Shown here: positions 1 to 10,442 of the stretch, piece after piece
How positions within the stretch are numbered: position 1 is the stretch's first letter
Layout: every line of letters begins with the position of its first letter
IMG/VR virus record: IMGVR_UViG_3300035661_000005
From: a virus
Lineage: Duplodnaviria > Caudoviricetes
Strand: one strand, 5' to 3'
DNA length: 64,000 nucleotides
The notes under the pieces: generated by a model
Databases searched by the model: none
Told to the model about the DNA's origin: nothing
The model's input: only the letters and a program-made list of their open reading frames with translations
Program-made: the position numbers and the translations under genes

Positions 1-1
1 C

Positions 2-2629
2 AACAAGAGGACGGCGGCTTTCTCGGATGACTTCGGGTCTGTGACGCAGCTGGCGGTCACCTACTCCCGGCTCATGGGCGTGTCGCTCCAGGACGTCACG
101 TCCCTCCAAGCGGAGATGATGACGGAGATGGGTGCGAGCTTCGCGGACACGCAGATGGCCCTCCATCAGATGACGATGGGGGCGGTGGAGTCCGGTATCG
201 CGACCAACAAGTTCTTCGGCATCATCCGGAGCGTCTCGGCGGACCTATCCCTCTACAACACCCGTATGGGGGACGCCGCGAAGATGCTGACCAACCTCGG
301 GAAGGTCATGAGCGCCAAGAGCGCTCAGAAGTTCATGAGCACGGCGATGAACGCCGTGAAGGGCATGGGCCGCATCCAGCGTCTTCAGACGACGCTCCTC
401 GCTGGCGGTGGGGAGACGGCTGAGATCGTCAAGCGCGACATCGAGGACACCCAGGAGGCTGTGGCCAAGAGCTTGGCAAATGCTGGTGGTCTCAACGTAG
501 ACGTCGTTCAGAAGGCCCTAGCGTCCGGGAACGAAGAGCAGATCGCGCCGCTCATGGATGCTGTGAAGAAGAGGGCTCCCCACATGGTTGGTGAGCTGAA
601 CGAGGCTCTTACGAAGTTGAGTATCAAGAAGGCCATGGCTGGCAAGGGTGACTATGGTGTCGGCCAGGCTGCGGGTGAGACGGGTCCGGCGGCGCAGCTT
701 CAGATCATGCAGAAGGCCCTCGCGAAGTGGGGCGGGGGAAAGACCCTCATGGAGGGCGTGGGCTCCATCGGCATGGAGCAGATGGCGGAGAACCTCGGCG
801 TTCAGCGTGATCAGCTCGACCATATGATCATGTTCGAGAAGTCGATCGACATGCAGCGGAAGATACTCAAAACCAAGCTCTCCGACCCGAAGGTGCAGGA
901 GAAGCTCACCAAGGCTGGCATCAAGATCGGCAAGACCGAGGCGGAGACGACGGACGCCATCAACAAGGCGGGGTACGACCAGATCTTCAAGGCCCTCGAC
1001 GAGGGGGATCAGGAAGCCCTGAAGAAGATGACCGAGGAAGCCGACTACGCCAAGAAGATGGCGGACAACACGCAGACGACGCTGGACAAGCTGTCCACCC
1101 TGGTCGACTGGCTCATGGGCCAGTTCTACAACGTGTTCTTGGGAATATACGATGCCATCCTATCCCTGCCTATGCTTGGGGGTGAGGCAAAGGAGAAGCG
1201 CAAGGACCTCAAATTCATACAGTCGCTGAAGGACCAGAAGGATCCTGTCATTCAAGCTGCACTCAAAGCTGCTGCGGGGGCTGATCCCGGACACGCAGAG
1301 TGGGCATTTAGGGATGCTATCGCTAACGACCCCAAGACGGCCGCTCTTCTAAAATATCTGCATACGGTGAAGACCGACGCGGGGGAAGAGGCCCAGCGTC
1401 AGGTCGCAGTAGGCACCGCGATCAACTCTCTAGGAGAAGCGCAGCTCAAGAACAGTTATGCCCAGATGAAGGGGGCCAGGAATTGGGAAGACCTTGCGCC
1501 GAATTTGAAGAAGGGCTTCGAGGAGTCTTTGGCCAAATCGGGGCTCATGGAAGCGTACGATGAGCAGGTCACGTCGACCGGCCAGAATAGTCTCGATGCT
1601 ACCAAGCACGCCACCCGCTTTGGTGCGAAGTCGGGTGGCGTGGCTGGTGCTGTGGACGCCGCTGCGACTGTCGCGCGAGACACGAAGACCGTGAAAAAGT
1701 ACCGCATGAAGTCTGGCGTCGACGCCTATAAGGCGATGAGAGATGCCGGCATGTCGGAAGATATGATTGCGGAAGTAGCGGGTAAGGCAATGTCCGGCTG
1801 GTCTGCGGACCTTGGTACGGGACAGGTTGGTGCGGGAGCGATCAAAGGGGCAGAGATCCGCAAGCTGGTGTCCTCCTCTATGGGAGGCTCTGCTCCATCT
1901 ACGGTCGATACCGGGGCGATGGCCCCATATTCCGTAGAGGGAGCCGGTTTCACCTCTACGACGCCTGGGTCGGCAACGGGGACTGCGGTCGGTGCAGGGG
2001 GAGCCCCTGCCACGGCCACGTCGGCCCCTGCCACGGCCTCTGCGGGCACGTCGGCACCGGCCACCAAGGCGGACGCCAAGGCCACGACGGGGGCCATCGA
2101 GGCCCACACGGACGCAACGAAGGAGACGACCTCTGCGGTTGAGGGTCTCCAGCAGTTCGAGAAGCAGAAGAACGCGATGATTAACCCGTCGGTCTTCAAG
2201 TCGAAGTACCAGACGGAGATCGAGAACGGCACCCTCGACGCCCTACGAACGGCCCTCTGGGAATTCGCCCTTCTGACGCAGTTCGACAAGGTCGCCAAAT
2301 GGAAGGACACCTTCGGCGGCAATGTGAGTGACGCGAAGAGCGCTTTCGCAGCCGTGAATAAGTATTACGCCGACCGGCCGGCTGAGCTTGGCCTGAAGGC
2401 CAACGCAGCGGGTGGTGTGGTCACGGACATCGGAGCGGATGGAGTCGCTACCATCCGACCGGCGCCGGGTGAGGGGCTCACGTCCATCGGGAAGGGTGAG
2501 CGAATCGTCCCAGCGGGCGGTGGTGCTCAGACGATCGTCCTGGAACTTCGAGGTGACCTCGGCCGCCTGATTGAGGCCAAGGCGCAGGACACGATCGTCA
2601 AGCACACGGCAGCGTCGAGGTTCCGGTGA
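2..2629 (+). CDS. Tape-measure-like protein, 5'-truncated by the window edge
   Basis: The frame is open from base 2 (NKRTAAFSDDFGSVTQL...). Long Ala/Lys/Met-rich helical sequence, an Ala/Thr low-complexity tract and a C-terminal NAAGGVV...GERIVP motif typical of tape-measure C-termini. It lies directly upstream of baseplate genes. Confidence 0.7.
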   Translation, partial: NKRTAAFSDDFGSVTQLAVTYSRLMGVSLQDVTSLQAEMMTEMGASFADTQMALHQMTMGAVESGIATNKFFGIIRSVSADLSLYNTRMGDAAKMLTNLGKVMSAKSAQKFMSTAMNAVKGMGRIQRLQTTLLAGGGETAEIVKRDIEDTQEAVAKSLANAGGLNVDVVQKALASGNEEQIAPLMDAVKKRAPHMVGELNEALTKLSIKKAMAGKGDYGVGQAAGETGPAAQLQIMQKALAKWGGGKTLMEGVGSIGMEQMAENLGVQRDQLDHMIMFEKSIDMQRKILKTKLSDPKVQEKLTKAGIKIGKTEAETTDAINKAGYDQIFKALDEGDQEALKKMTEEADYAKKMADNTQTTLDKLSTLVDWLMGQFYNVFLGIYDAILSLPMLGGEAKEKRKDLKFIQSLKDQKDPVIQAALKAAAGADPGHAEWAFRDAIANDPKTAALLKYLHTVKTDAGEEAQRQVAVGTAINSLGEAQLKNSYAQMKGARNWEDLAPNLKKGFEESLAKSGLMEAYDEQVTSTGQNSLDATKHATRFGAKSGGVAGAVDAAATVARDTKTVKKYRMKSGVDAYKAMRDAGMSEDMIAEVAGKAMSGWSADLGTGQVGAGAIKGAEIRKLVSSSMGGSAPSTVDTGAMAPYSVEGAGFTSTTPGSATGTAVGAGGAPATATSAPATASAGTSAPATKADAKATTGAIEAHTDATKETTSAVEGLQQFEKQKNAMINPSVFKSKYQTEIENGTLDALRTALWEFALLTQFDKVAKWKDTFGGNVSDAKSAFAAVNKYYADRPAELGLKANAAGGVVTDIGADGVATIRPAPGEGLTSIGKGERIVPAGGGAQTIVLELRGDLGRLIEAKAQDTIVKHTAASRFR

Positions 2630-2632
2630 GCC

Positions 2633-3310
2633 ATGCCCTACATCCGGTCCGCCAACGGCTCCAACTTCCGGAGGCGTGAGCTTCCGGGCGTCAGCGACGA
2701 GTACCAGCACCCCGCAGCAACCAAGCGGGGCGGGATCCCGTTGGCTTTCCAGGTGTCGAGCCCCTTCGACAGCCGGGTCGCCCTGCTACCCCACGCGCTC
2801 GTGATGCACGTGAACCCGGCGAGCTTCTCGGAGACGCACACGAAGAAGGTCGAACGGTTCCAGACCCGGGGCGGGTGGGTCGAGCAGCACTGGGGCGATG
2901 ACCTCTCGGAGATCTCCTGTGATGGGTCCACGGGGGCCTTCATCAACCTCTACACGGGACTATCGTCCGTCGTTCGGCAGCGGACCATCGCCTGGGACCG
3001 CTACAAGGATCTGTACGACCTCTACCGTCACAACGGGAGCGTCTACGACCCCTTCGGCAACATCGTCCTTCAGGGGCAGATCCAGCTCCTCTACGACCGG
3101 GGCATCTACCAGGGGACCTTCCGTAGCTTCGACGTGGAGGAGACCGAGGACTCGCCCTTCGCCTTCAAGATCAACTGGGAGTTCAAGGTCGAGAAGGTCA
3201 TCATCGCCTTCCCCACGCTCGGGGTTGAGGCGGCCTTCCCGAGGCCACCCGCGCCGCCCTTCCAAGCCATCAACCAGGGCACCCTGCAGACGGCAAAGGA
3301 GACGACCTGA
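2633..3310 (+). CDS. Putative tail tube initiator / baseplate-associated protein
   Basis: MHVNPASF...TRGGWVEQHWGDDLSEISCDG motif and position immediately after the tape measure. Paralogous to the C-terminal half of the next gene. Confidence 0.5.
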   Translation: MPYIRSANGSNFRRRELPGVSDEYQHPAATKRGGIPLAFQVSSPFDSRVALLPHALVMHVNPASFSETHTKKVERFQTRGGWVEQHWGDDLSEISCDGSTGAFINLYTGLSSVVRQRTIAWDRYKDLYDLYRHNGSVYDPFGNIVLQGQIQLLYDRGIYQGTFRSFDVEETEDSPFAFKINWEFKVEKVIIAFPTLGVEAAFPRPPAPPFQAINQGTLQTAKETT

Positions 3311-5094
3311 TGGCCAACTCTCGGATCTACCAGCAGATCGAGACGGCCGCTGGTCGGTGGGCACCCTGGGTCTACCGCGTCCTGTCCTACGGGAACCAGG
3401 GCTTCGAGCCCCAGGATGATCCGCTCACGCTCAATTACATCCCGCTGACGACGGCCAACATCCGGCAGCGGAACCAGCTGATTCCGTTCATCATCGGGCT
3501 GATTCCGCCAAGCGCCATTGTGACCGGACGGCTCCTCGACCGCTCGGCCTCCCTCCGGGTGACGGCCGGGACCAATGACGCCCTCGACGTTCAGCAGGAG
3601 ACAAGCGGACCCGGGATGGGGACGCGGACGCCCTTCTACGTCAAGACCCTGCCCCAGGAGTTCTACAACGCCTTCGTCGCCATGTGTAAGCGGCTCGGCC
3701 TGGACCCGTGGAGCGTCGTCCGGGTCATGATCAACGAGAGCCAGATGGATCCTACGAACATGAACCCCACCCCTCCGGGTGCGAAGGGGCTCATCCAGTT
3801 CACGTGGGACGGTGCCCAGACGGTCATGTCCCGGGCGGTTTTCGACAAATTCGAGACCCTCTCGGCGATCGAACAGCTACCCTATGTCGAGGCGGCCCTG
3901 AAGCGGACCACGAAGCCGGGGGCGACGCGAGGCGAGATCTACAGGGCCGTCTTCCTCCCTAGCGTCACTCCCGGTCCGGATGGTGAGCTGTGCCACATGG
4001 GCGGCCCCTACTACGGCTCGAATGCCGGGCCGAAGTTCGACGGCTGGGGTCTGGACGTCAACAAGGACGGCAAGGTCACGATCGACGATCTCGCTGAGAA
4101 ATCCAACTTCAAGCTGCCCGCCGACCTGGAGCGCAAGCTCCTGACGGCACTCGGGCAGGACCCCAGCGTCGTCGTGGACACGAAGGGCCAGCCTTCCAAC
4201 TGGTCTACCACGGGGTCCACGGACTCCAGCACGGCAAAAAAGGCGATCAAGACGAAGGCGGACCGCGACCTGAACGTCTCGGATCTAGGCAAACGACTCA
4301 CGGCTGCCCAGGCCGCTCAGTCGAAGGCACTGGCTGATGCGATCCAGCGGATGGCGGACACCCCGCCCCTGCAGCTTCTGGTCAACCCGACGAGCTTCAA
4401 GGTTGCGGGGTCCAAGATCATCAACGACGGCAACTTCGGGCGTAACGGGCCGATCGTCCAGCACTGGGGGGACGATCACGACAAGATCGACGTGTCCGGC
4501 AAGATCGCCGGCTTCTACGCGCTGGACGTCGGCAACGCAGGAGGTCCGGGGCTCACGCGTATGGCTCGGAGCTTCTCGGAGTCCTACCAGAACTTCCTGA
4601 GCCTCTACCTCATCTACCGCAACAACGGCGGCATCTGGCTCGACTCCTACGAGGATGCGAACCTTTCGAAGCCGAACAATCTCACGGTCGTGGGCTCCGT
4701 CTACATCTACTACGACGGGGTCCTCTACATCGGCTCGTTCGACAATTTCACGATCAGCGAGACGGACACGGCGCCATTCACGCTGGAGTACTCCTTCTCG
4801 TTCACCGTGAGGGCGTCGTTCGCCCTCGATCAGGTTGGCAACGGGAACCCGAATCCGGCGGCGGACTACGGCCTCAACAGCGGTCTATCGCTCGGCACGA
4901 CCACCTACCCGAATCTATCCCTGAGCCGCGGCGACCAGGCCGAATTGAAGGCGCAGGAGGTGGAGATCAGCGCGCAGGAGGCAAGTGACTACGCCGACTT
5001 CCTCAAGGCCACCGAGCAGACGCAGGGTAACACTGAGGCTCCCGTGACGCCGAAGCCTACCTTGAAGACCACCACGCTGCCGAAGGGGAAGTGA
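3310..5094 (+). CDS. Baseplate-associated protein with a lytic transglycosylase (SLT/lysozyme-like) domain and a tube-initiator-like domain
   Basis: MINESQMDP...GAKGLIQF matches the SLT catalytic ES and GLxQ motifs, followed by YxAVFxP...LDVNKDGKVT. The C-terminal LLVNPTSF...QHWGDD segment matches the upstream gene. Confidence 0.7.
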   Translation: MANSRIYQQIETAAGRWAPWVYRVLSYGNQGFEPQDDPLTLNYIPLTTANIRQRNQLIPFIIGLIPPSAIVTGRLLDRSASLRVTAGTNDALDVQQETSGPGMGTRTPFYVKTLPQEFYNAFVAMCKRLGLDPWSVVRVMINESQMDPTNMNPTPPGAKGLIQFTWDGAQTVMSRAVFDKFETLSAIEQLPYVEAALKRTTKPGATRGEIYRAVFLPSVTPGPDGELCHMGGPYYGSNAGPKFDGWGLDVNKDGKVTIDDLAEKSNFKLPADLERKLLTALGQDPSVVVDTKGQPSNWSTTGSTDSSTAKKAIKTKADRDLNVSDLGKRLTAAQAAQSKALADAIQRMADTPPLQLLVNPTSFKVAGSKIINDGNFGRNGPIVQHWGDDHDKIDVSGKIAGFYALDVGNAGGPGLTRMARSFSESYQNFLSLYLIYRNNGGIWLDSYEDANLSKPNNLTVVGSVYIYYDGVLYIGSFDNFTISETDTAPFTLEYSFSFTVRASFALDQVGNGNPNPAADYGLNSGLSLGTTTYPNLSLSRGDQAELKAQEVEISAQEASDYADFLKATEQTQGNTEAPVTPKPTLKTTTLPKGK

Positions 5095-5097
5095 CCG

Positions 5098-8000
5098 ATG
5101 CCTCGGGGACCGTTTCAGGGAACGTGGCAGCAGGGTGTGCGGCCGACCGTCACGATGGCGCCGGACGCCCTGGTCTACATCAACGGGCAGACGGAGATCA
5201 TCGGTTGCCCCAGCTGCAACCGGACCTTCGATATCCACAAGTACCTGACGAGCGTCCAGGTCGACCTCAACATCGACGGCCCTGGGAGCGGTTCGGCCAG
5301 CCTCAGCCTCTCAGTGCCCCGGCACGCAATCGAGGACTTCTACTTCGAGGGTGTCCCCGTCATTCAGCCGATGATGGAGGTGGAGATCTTCGCCAAGGGC
5401 TACTTCCTTGTCGAGGGGGTTCCACAGTACTACCCGATCTTCTGGGGCCTCGTGACGGAGGTCGACGATGGCTACTCCAGCGGCGAGCAGACGATTAATA
5501 TCAACTGCGCGGACATCCTGAAGTGGTGGGAGCTGTGCAAGATGAACGTGAACGCGGCCTTCACGGCCGCGACCGGGCAGATGGGGCGATCCATCTTCGG
5601 CAACGTCTTCTTCGGTACGAACCCCTACGACGTCATCTGGTCGCTGGCCCAGTCGGCGATGGGGGACGTGGTTCGCGGTGCGGGGTCGCTCACGAGCATG
5701 TCCAAGGAGAGCACGCAGACCGACACCTTCATGCGGGTCAATGGCGACATGGCCCTCTATTGGACCCAGCGCTTCAGCCGCATCACGAACAACCTGCTGC
5801 TCTATGGGGTCAACGGACAGGTCATCCGGGGCGACTCCCTCATGGCCACGTACAAGCAGGGCAAGGGGAGCCTCGACAAGATCGCCTCCCGTGCGGTGCA
5901 ACAGGCGAACGGTGGCCCAGAGAACGGGCAGGCGGTCTTCGACCCGACCAGCAGCCAGGTCGTGGCGTTCAAGACCCAGTTCGGTCAGGCGGGTCAGGTC
6001 AATTTCTGGCAATCCGAATACCAGTCGAAGCTGGAGCTAGCCAACTCCGCGAAGGAGGCGATCGGCTTCGAATTCTACATGGACGTCGATGGCTCCATCG
6101 TCTTCAAGCCGCCCTTCTACAACCTCGACACGCTGCCCAACAAGCCCGTCTCGTGGATTCAGGACATCGACATCATCGACTGGAATTTCTCAGAGTCCGA
6201 GGCCGAGGTCATCACGCAGGTGCAGATGTCCGGCAGCTTCGGTGGCAACATCGACTACTCGATGCCCGCCGACGTGGAGCCCCAGACGTCCGTCACGGAC
6301 TACCACCTGCTCTTGAAGTACGGCTGGCGCACCAAGCCGGTCAACTCCGAGTTCCTCGGCGACCCGATGCTGATGTTCTATCATGGGTTGGACATCCTCG
6401 ATGTCACCAACTCGAAGAGGCATCGCGGCACCGTCACGATCCCCTGCCGTCCTGAGCTGCGCCTAGGGTTCCCGATCTACGTCGCACCCAAGGACCAGAT
6501 GTGGTACGTGTCGGGCATCAGCCACAACATCTCGTTCGGTGGCCGAGCGACAACGACCCTCACTCTCACGGCACGCCGGGGCAAGTTCTTCGCGCCAAAG
6601 GGTATCGGGCAGCTCATTCTTGATAGCGTCACCGAGAAGAACAAACCTGGGACGGCGAACAACACAAGCACGGCCGGGACGTCTGGGGTGCAGTCGTCCT
6701 CGACGTACAAGTGGTCTTCTCGTCAGCTGGCGAAGGGTGGCAAGTTCACCCTGAAGGTCGGGGAGGCGGCGCAGATGCCGCCCAACCTCGAAGCGATGTC
6801 GAAGCCCGTCGACTCGAACCCTTACGCCCCCCTGGTGCTCCGTCACCCGCGGACGGGGCGGGCTGTGGGGTACCCGAACGTCGTCATGGCGTACACCCGG
6901 CCCTTCACGCCTGCGCCAGACGACCTCAAGCAGCAGGTCGGCCAAGGCGGCAAGACCAAAGCGTTCATCTCCAAGGACAAGCAGAAGGAAGTCGGGGACC
7001 GAGACAAGGCAAATGACCAGTATTTGAAGCAGTTGGAGGTCCAGCTGGCCGACGAGGTGCGGTCCAAGTACATGCAGAACCGCTACCAGTACGGCCTCAA
7101 CTCGGCAGGCGTGTTCACCTACCTTCACGATACGAAGAAGGTGATCGCCGAGGTGCTCCTGGCACCCACGACCAACTTCACGATGAAGGATGCTAACGGC
7201 GCACCCGCCAAGCTCCTTCAAGGGGAGCACTCGATGGTCCGGCCGGTCAGCGATGATCGTGGCTTCGAGGTCATTGGTCACTTCCGGTACGGCCGTGGGC
7301 TACAGCTACGGGACGGGCGTCTCGTTCGGACGGATGAGGCCAACGCACCCGCCCAGATCTCGGTCCAAACGGCGTTGTCAGGAGACCTCTACGCGACGCT
7401 CGCCGCTCAGTCTCAGGGTCTCACGACCCTGTCGACGTCGTATCCGAACCCCGCAGCGTCCCTCGCGAACCTCGCTCCGGATCCCGATCTTCAAACGGCG
7501 GGGATTATCAACGACAAGGGGCAGCCCGAGTTCGTGGACAGCGCGCCCAACTTCGTCGACACCGCGCCTCTGGGTTCCCCCGAGCGGGCGAAGTTCCCTA
7601 CGTCCGTGGAGGCTAGCCAGCTGAGCAAGGCCCTAACCCTGGCTGAGATGACCGTGAAGATGGATGGTGCGACGGGCTCCGACACCTGTGGGTGCATCCT
7701 CGGTCGACCCGATCTTGCCTTCCTCGCCTCGGGTTACCAGGTCCAGCTGACGGATACGACGGCCGGAACGACGCCCGACGCCTCGACACTCTTCGATCAG
7801 TACTCGACCTTCTCCACGACGGACCGCGCCGCGGGGGTCGCTGTCATCGGCGGCTCCGAGGATCTTGGCCGAGCGCAAGGCGGCGGGTCGACGACGGGCG
7901 GGGCTCGGCCTGTCGCTCCGTCCCTCGCATCGTCCGCGTCATCGCCGGAGGAGATGGCCAGCAAGATCAACCAGATCCTCTTCGACCTCTACCAGGTGCT

Positions 8001-8268
8001 CGACACGCCCCACCAGCAGTGGGAAGAGGCGCTCCGGGGCGCCAACGTCCCGCCGGATCCACGGAGCACGGAGGACATCATGTTCGGGCAGCCGACGGAC
8101 CAGCCGGTGAGCCCGCTGTCGCCTCCCTACTCGGCGCCAGATCGTTTCGCGGTCGGGGATCCCAACGCCATCGCTGAGATGGGCCAGTCGAACAAGGCCA
8201 ACCTGACCCAAAGCTGGACGGACTTCAGCAAGAACCTGAAGGCGGCTGCGAAGCCGAAGACGCCATGA
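5098..8268 (+). CDS. Baseplate hub protein (gp27/VgrG-N-like) with a long C-terminal extension
   Basis: IFWGLVTEV, GFEFYMDVDGSIVFKPP and RPELRLGFPIYV...WYVSGISHNISFGGRATTTLTL are hallmarks of hub proteins; it precedes the spike gene. Confidence 0.7.
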   Translation: MPRGPFQGTWQQGVRPTVTMAPDALVYINGQTEIIGCPSCNRTFDIHKYLTSVQVDLNIDGPGSGSASLSLSVPRHAIEDFYFEGVPVIQPMMEVEIFAKGYFLVEGVPQYYPIFWGLVTEVDDGYSSGEQTININCADILKWWELCKMNVNAAFTAATGQMGRSIFGNVFFGTNPYDVIWSLAQSAMGDVVRGAGSLTSMSKESTQTDTFMRVNGDMALYWTQRFSRITNNLLLYGVNGQVIRGDSLMATYKQGKGSLDKIASRAVQQANGGPENGQAVFDPTSSQVVAFKTQFGQAGQVNFWQSEYQSKLELANSAKEAIGFEFYMDVDGSIVFKPPFYNLDTLPNKPVSWIQDIDIIDWNFSESEAEVITQVQMSGSFGGNIDYSMPADVEPQTSVTDYHLLLKYGWRTKPVNSEFLGDPMLMFYHGLDILDVTNSKRHRGTVTIPCRPELRLGFPIYVAPKDQMWYVSGISHNISFGGRATTTLTLTARRGKFFAPKGIGQLILDSVTEKNKPGTANNTSTAGTSGVQSSSTYKWSSRQLAKGGKFTLKVGEAAQMPPNLEAMSKPVDSNPYAPLVLRHPRTGRAVGYPNVVMAYTRPFTPAPDDLKQQVGQGGKTKAFISKDKQKEVGDRDKANDQYLKQLEVQLADEVRSKYMQNRYQYGLNSAGVFTYLHDTKKVIAEVLLAPTTNFTMKDANGAPAKLLQGEHSMVRPVSDDRGFEVIGHFRYGRGLQLRDGRLVRTDEANAPAQISVQTALSGDLYATLAAQSQGLTTLSTSYPNPAASLANLAPDPDLQTAGIINDKGQPEFVDSAPNFVDTAPLGSPERAKFPTSVEASQLSKALTLAEMTVKMDGATGSDTCGCILGRPDLAFLASGYQVQLTDTTAGTTPDASTLFDQYSTFSTTDRAAGVAVIGGSEDLGRAQGGGSTTGGARPVAPSLASSASSPEEMASKINQILFDLYQVLDTPHQQWEEALRGANVPPDPRSTEDIMFGQPTDQPVSPLSPPYSAPDRFAVGDPNAIAEMGQSNKANLTQSWTDFSKNLKAAAKPKTP

Positions 8269-10442
8269 TTGGACCCGGCGACTTCATTCCCAAGCACCCG
8301 AAGGGCTACACGCCCGGCAAGGGCTTCACCGATCAGCCGGAGGGTCTTCGTGTAGGCATCATCGAGCGCGTCGATGAGATCAACATGAAGGCGGACGTGA
8401 AGATCCTGACCGGCGGCGGGCGCCGTTCGGAGCTGGATCTCACGCAAGCGCTGTCCGGTCCACGCTCCTTCTGGGGCGGCGTTCCCGAAGTCGGGGCGGT
8501 GGTCGTCATCGGCTACAGGATGAAGCAAAAGCAGATCGCTGAAGCCGTCATCCTGGGGTACATGAATGTCGGCAACCGGAGCGGCCTTCGGTTCGACCCT
8601 TTCGCTCCGAGCGACCCGAATGCCATCGATCCAGCGGATGCGGATGAGTACGAGGCGCAGTTCGGCAAGCCCTACCGTACCAAGAGGCTCAAGCTCCGGC
8701 CGGGCGACGTGGGTGGTATGTCGTCCAGCGGGTCCGAGCTGGTCCTTTCGAAGAGCCTCCGAATGTGCAACCGGGCGGGCGACCTCTTCGAGCTGCGGGA
8801 CGACGAGCGTACGGTCGTCTCTCAGTCGATCCACCGGATCGAGAGCGACTCCGGGGTCAAGCGCATCTCCGGTCCCGTTCGCCGGCAGGTCTTTTACATC
8901 CCGCCCGATGTGCTCTCCGGTCCCCATCAGCTGAAGGACCAGCCGGACTACTACGGCCGGGACGAGCTGCAGGCGGCGGGGCCGGGGATCCCGGGATCCA
9001 ACACCAAGTGGGCGAGCAGCTCGGGCAAGCTGCTGGACATCTTCAACAACGGCACGGTGTACCCGCCTGTCACCTACGCAAGCGGGAAGCAGGTCTTCTA
9101 CCCGTCCACGATCGTAGGCTCGACCCTGGAGCCCGAGAATCCGGATGATGGTGTAGGCGGGGCCTTCACCGAGGATCGCCTGGAATTGAGCCACGACACG
9201 GATCTCACCCAGGAGGTCTGCGTCGAGATCGATGGCTTCCAGGTCGACCGCCGGAAGGCCTTCATCGAGCGCGTTCTCGGGACCGTGGTCGGGAACGACC
9301 CCAACTCCACGCAGGGGATCCGGCAGTACGGCAAGGTGCTCCGACCGCAGCTGTGGACATCGGCGCTTTCGGACACCCAAGGGAAGTTCACCTTGGAGGA
9401 GTGCGAGCGCAAGCCGGGGGAGGACGACAAGGAGTCCCGGACGTCAGCAGGGGCAGTCCTGCTCAGGGTCTACAACCCTGACGGGCCGGATGAGGACAAT
9501 CCCTTTGCCTTCGCTGTGCAGAAGCAGGGGAAGGTGCTTCTGAACGTCCCCAAGCCGAGCGTCGAGCGCTACCCGGATGCCAAGGGCATCTCCGTGGAGG
9601 CGAATCTCCTGGGCGCTCTCAAGATGTTCGTTGGGGCGATGCAGCCCTCGAACACGAGCATTCACGCAACCCTGGCTGGCGGGATCAAGGCGCGCGTCGG
9701 TCACAACACGGACACCGGGAACGCGGTCGACGTCTCCTTCGGTTCGCCGGTCTTCGCCTCCTATGACGGGGCAGGGAATGCAGATGGGGTCGGCAAGTCC
9801 GACTCCATCTCCGGGCACTACCAGCTCGCCACCTCCGGGGACATCCAGGAGACCGTCCAGGGGGCGATGAACACAACGGTCAACGGCGGCTACTTCATGC
9901 AAGCCGACCGGGCTGTGGTGAATGCGCATTCGGGGTACAGCCTGAACGCAGGTGAGCTGAACATGCTCATCTCGGGCAAGAGCCAGCGCAACTACGCCCA
10001 AGCGGTCATCGAGACGATCGTCTCCGGGGGCCTCCAGCGGACCATCCTGGCCGGCGGCGCCGTGGAAACCATCCTGGCCGGCGGGAAGACGGTCAGCGTC
10101 GCAGCGGGTGCCACGGCCTTCTCGAACCCCGCTGGCGCGTTTTCAGTGACGGTGGGGGCCGGTGCCCTATCCCTAACGACGGCAAGCGGAGCGCTGACCC
10201 TGGCGGCTTCCGCAGGGGCCGTTTCGATGACGTCGGGGACCGCCATGACCCTGACCGCCGGTGGCCTCCTTTCCATCACCGCCCCCTCCACGGTGATCTC
10301 GTCCGCCAACCTTCAGCTCGGCGACGCTACAGGCAACCTCGGCGTGGTCCGGGGTACTCCGGCACTACCGCCCGGAGCCCCCTCCTTGGACTACCTGACG
10401 GGCCTACCCCTGCTCGGGTCCGCACTTGTGCGGTCTGTCTGA
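8265..10442 (+). CDS. Baseplate central spike (gp5/gpV-like OB fold plus C-terminal beta-helix repeats)
   Basis: N-terminal VGIIERVD...ADVKI...GVPEVGAVVVIGY OB-fold pattern. The C-terminus has ~8-residue repeats (TILAGGAV, LSLTTASG, LTLAASAG). Confidence 0.7.
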   Translation: MIGPGDFIPKHPKGYTPGKGFTDQPEGLRVGIIERVDEINMKADVKILTGGGRRSELDLTQALSGPRSFWGGVPEVGAVVVIGYRMKQKQIAEAVILGYMNVGNRSGLRFDPFAPSDPNAIDPADADEYEAQFGKPYRTKRLKLRPGDVGGMSSSGSELVLSKSLRMCNRAGDLFELRDDERTVVSQSIHRIESDSGVKRISGPVRRQVFYIPPDVLSGPHQLKDQPDYYGRDELQAAGPGIPGSNTKWASSSGKLLDIFNNGTVYPPVTYASGKQVFYPSTIVGSTLEPENPDDGVGGAFTEDRLELSHDTDLTQEVCVEIDGFQVDRRKAFIERVLGTVVGNDPNSTQGIRQYGKVLRPQLWTSALSDTQGKFTLEECERKPGEDDKESRTSAGAVLLRVYNPDGPDEDNPFAFAVQKQGKVLLNVPKPSVERYPDAKGISVEANLLGALKMFVGAMQPSNTSIHATLAGGIKARVGHNTDTGNAVDVSFGSPVFASYDGAGNADGVGKSDSISGHYQLATSGDIQETVQGAMNTTVNGGYFMQADRAVVNAHSGYSLNAGELNMLISGKSQRNYAQAVIETIVSGGLQRTILAGGAVETILAGGKTVSVAAGATAFSNPAGAFSVTVGAGALSLTTASGALTLAASAGAVSMTSGTAMTLTAGGLLSITAPSTVISSANLQLGDATGNLGVVRGTPALPPGAPSLDYLTGLPLLGSALVRSV

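Noticed and set aside
1950-2110. Ala/Thr/Ser low-complexity tract in the tape-measure-like gene
   Set aside because: An ordinary flexible linker with no exact nucleotide periodicity.
10041-10084. 17-bp direct repeat ACCATCCTGGCCGGCGG in the spike gene
   Set aside because: It is explained by the TILAGG beta-helix protein repeat.
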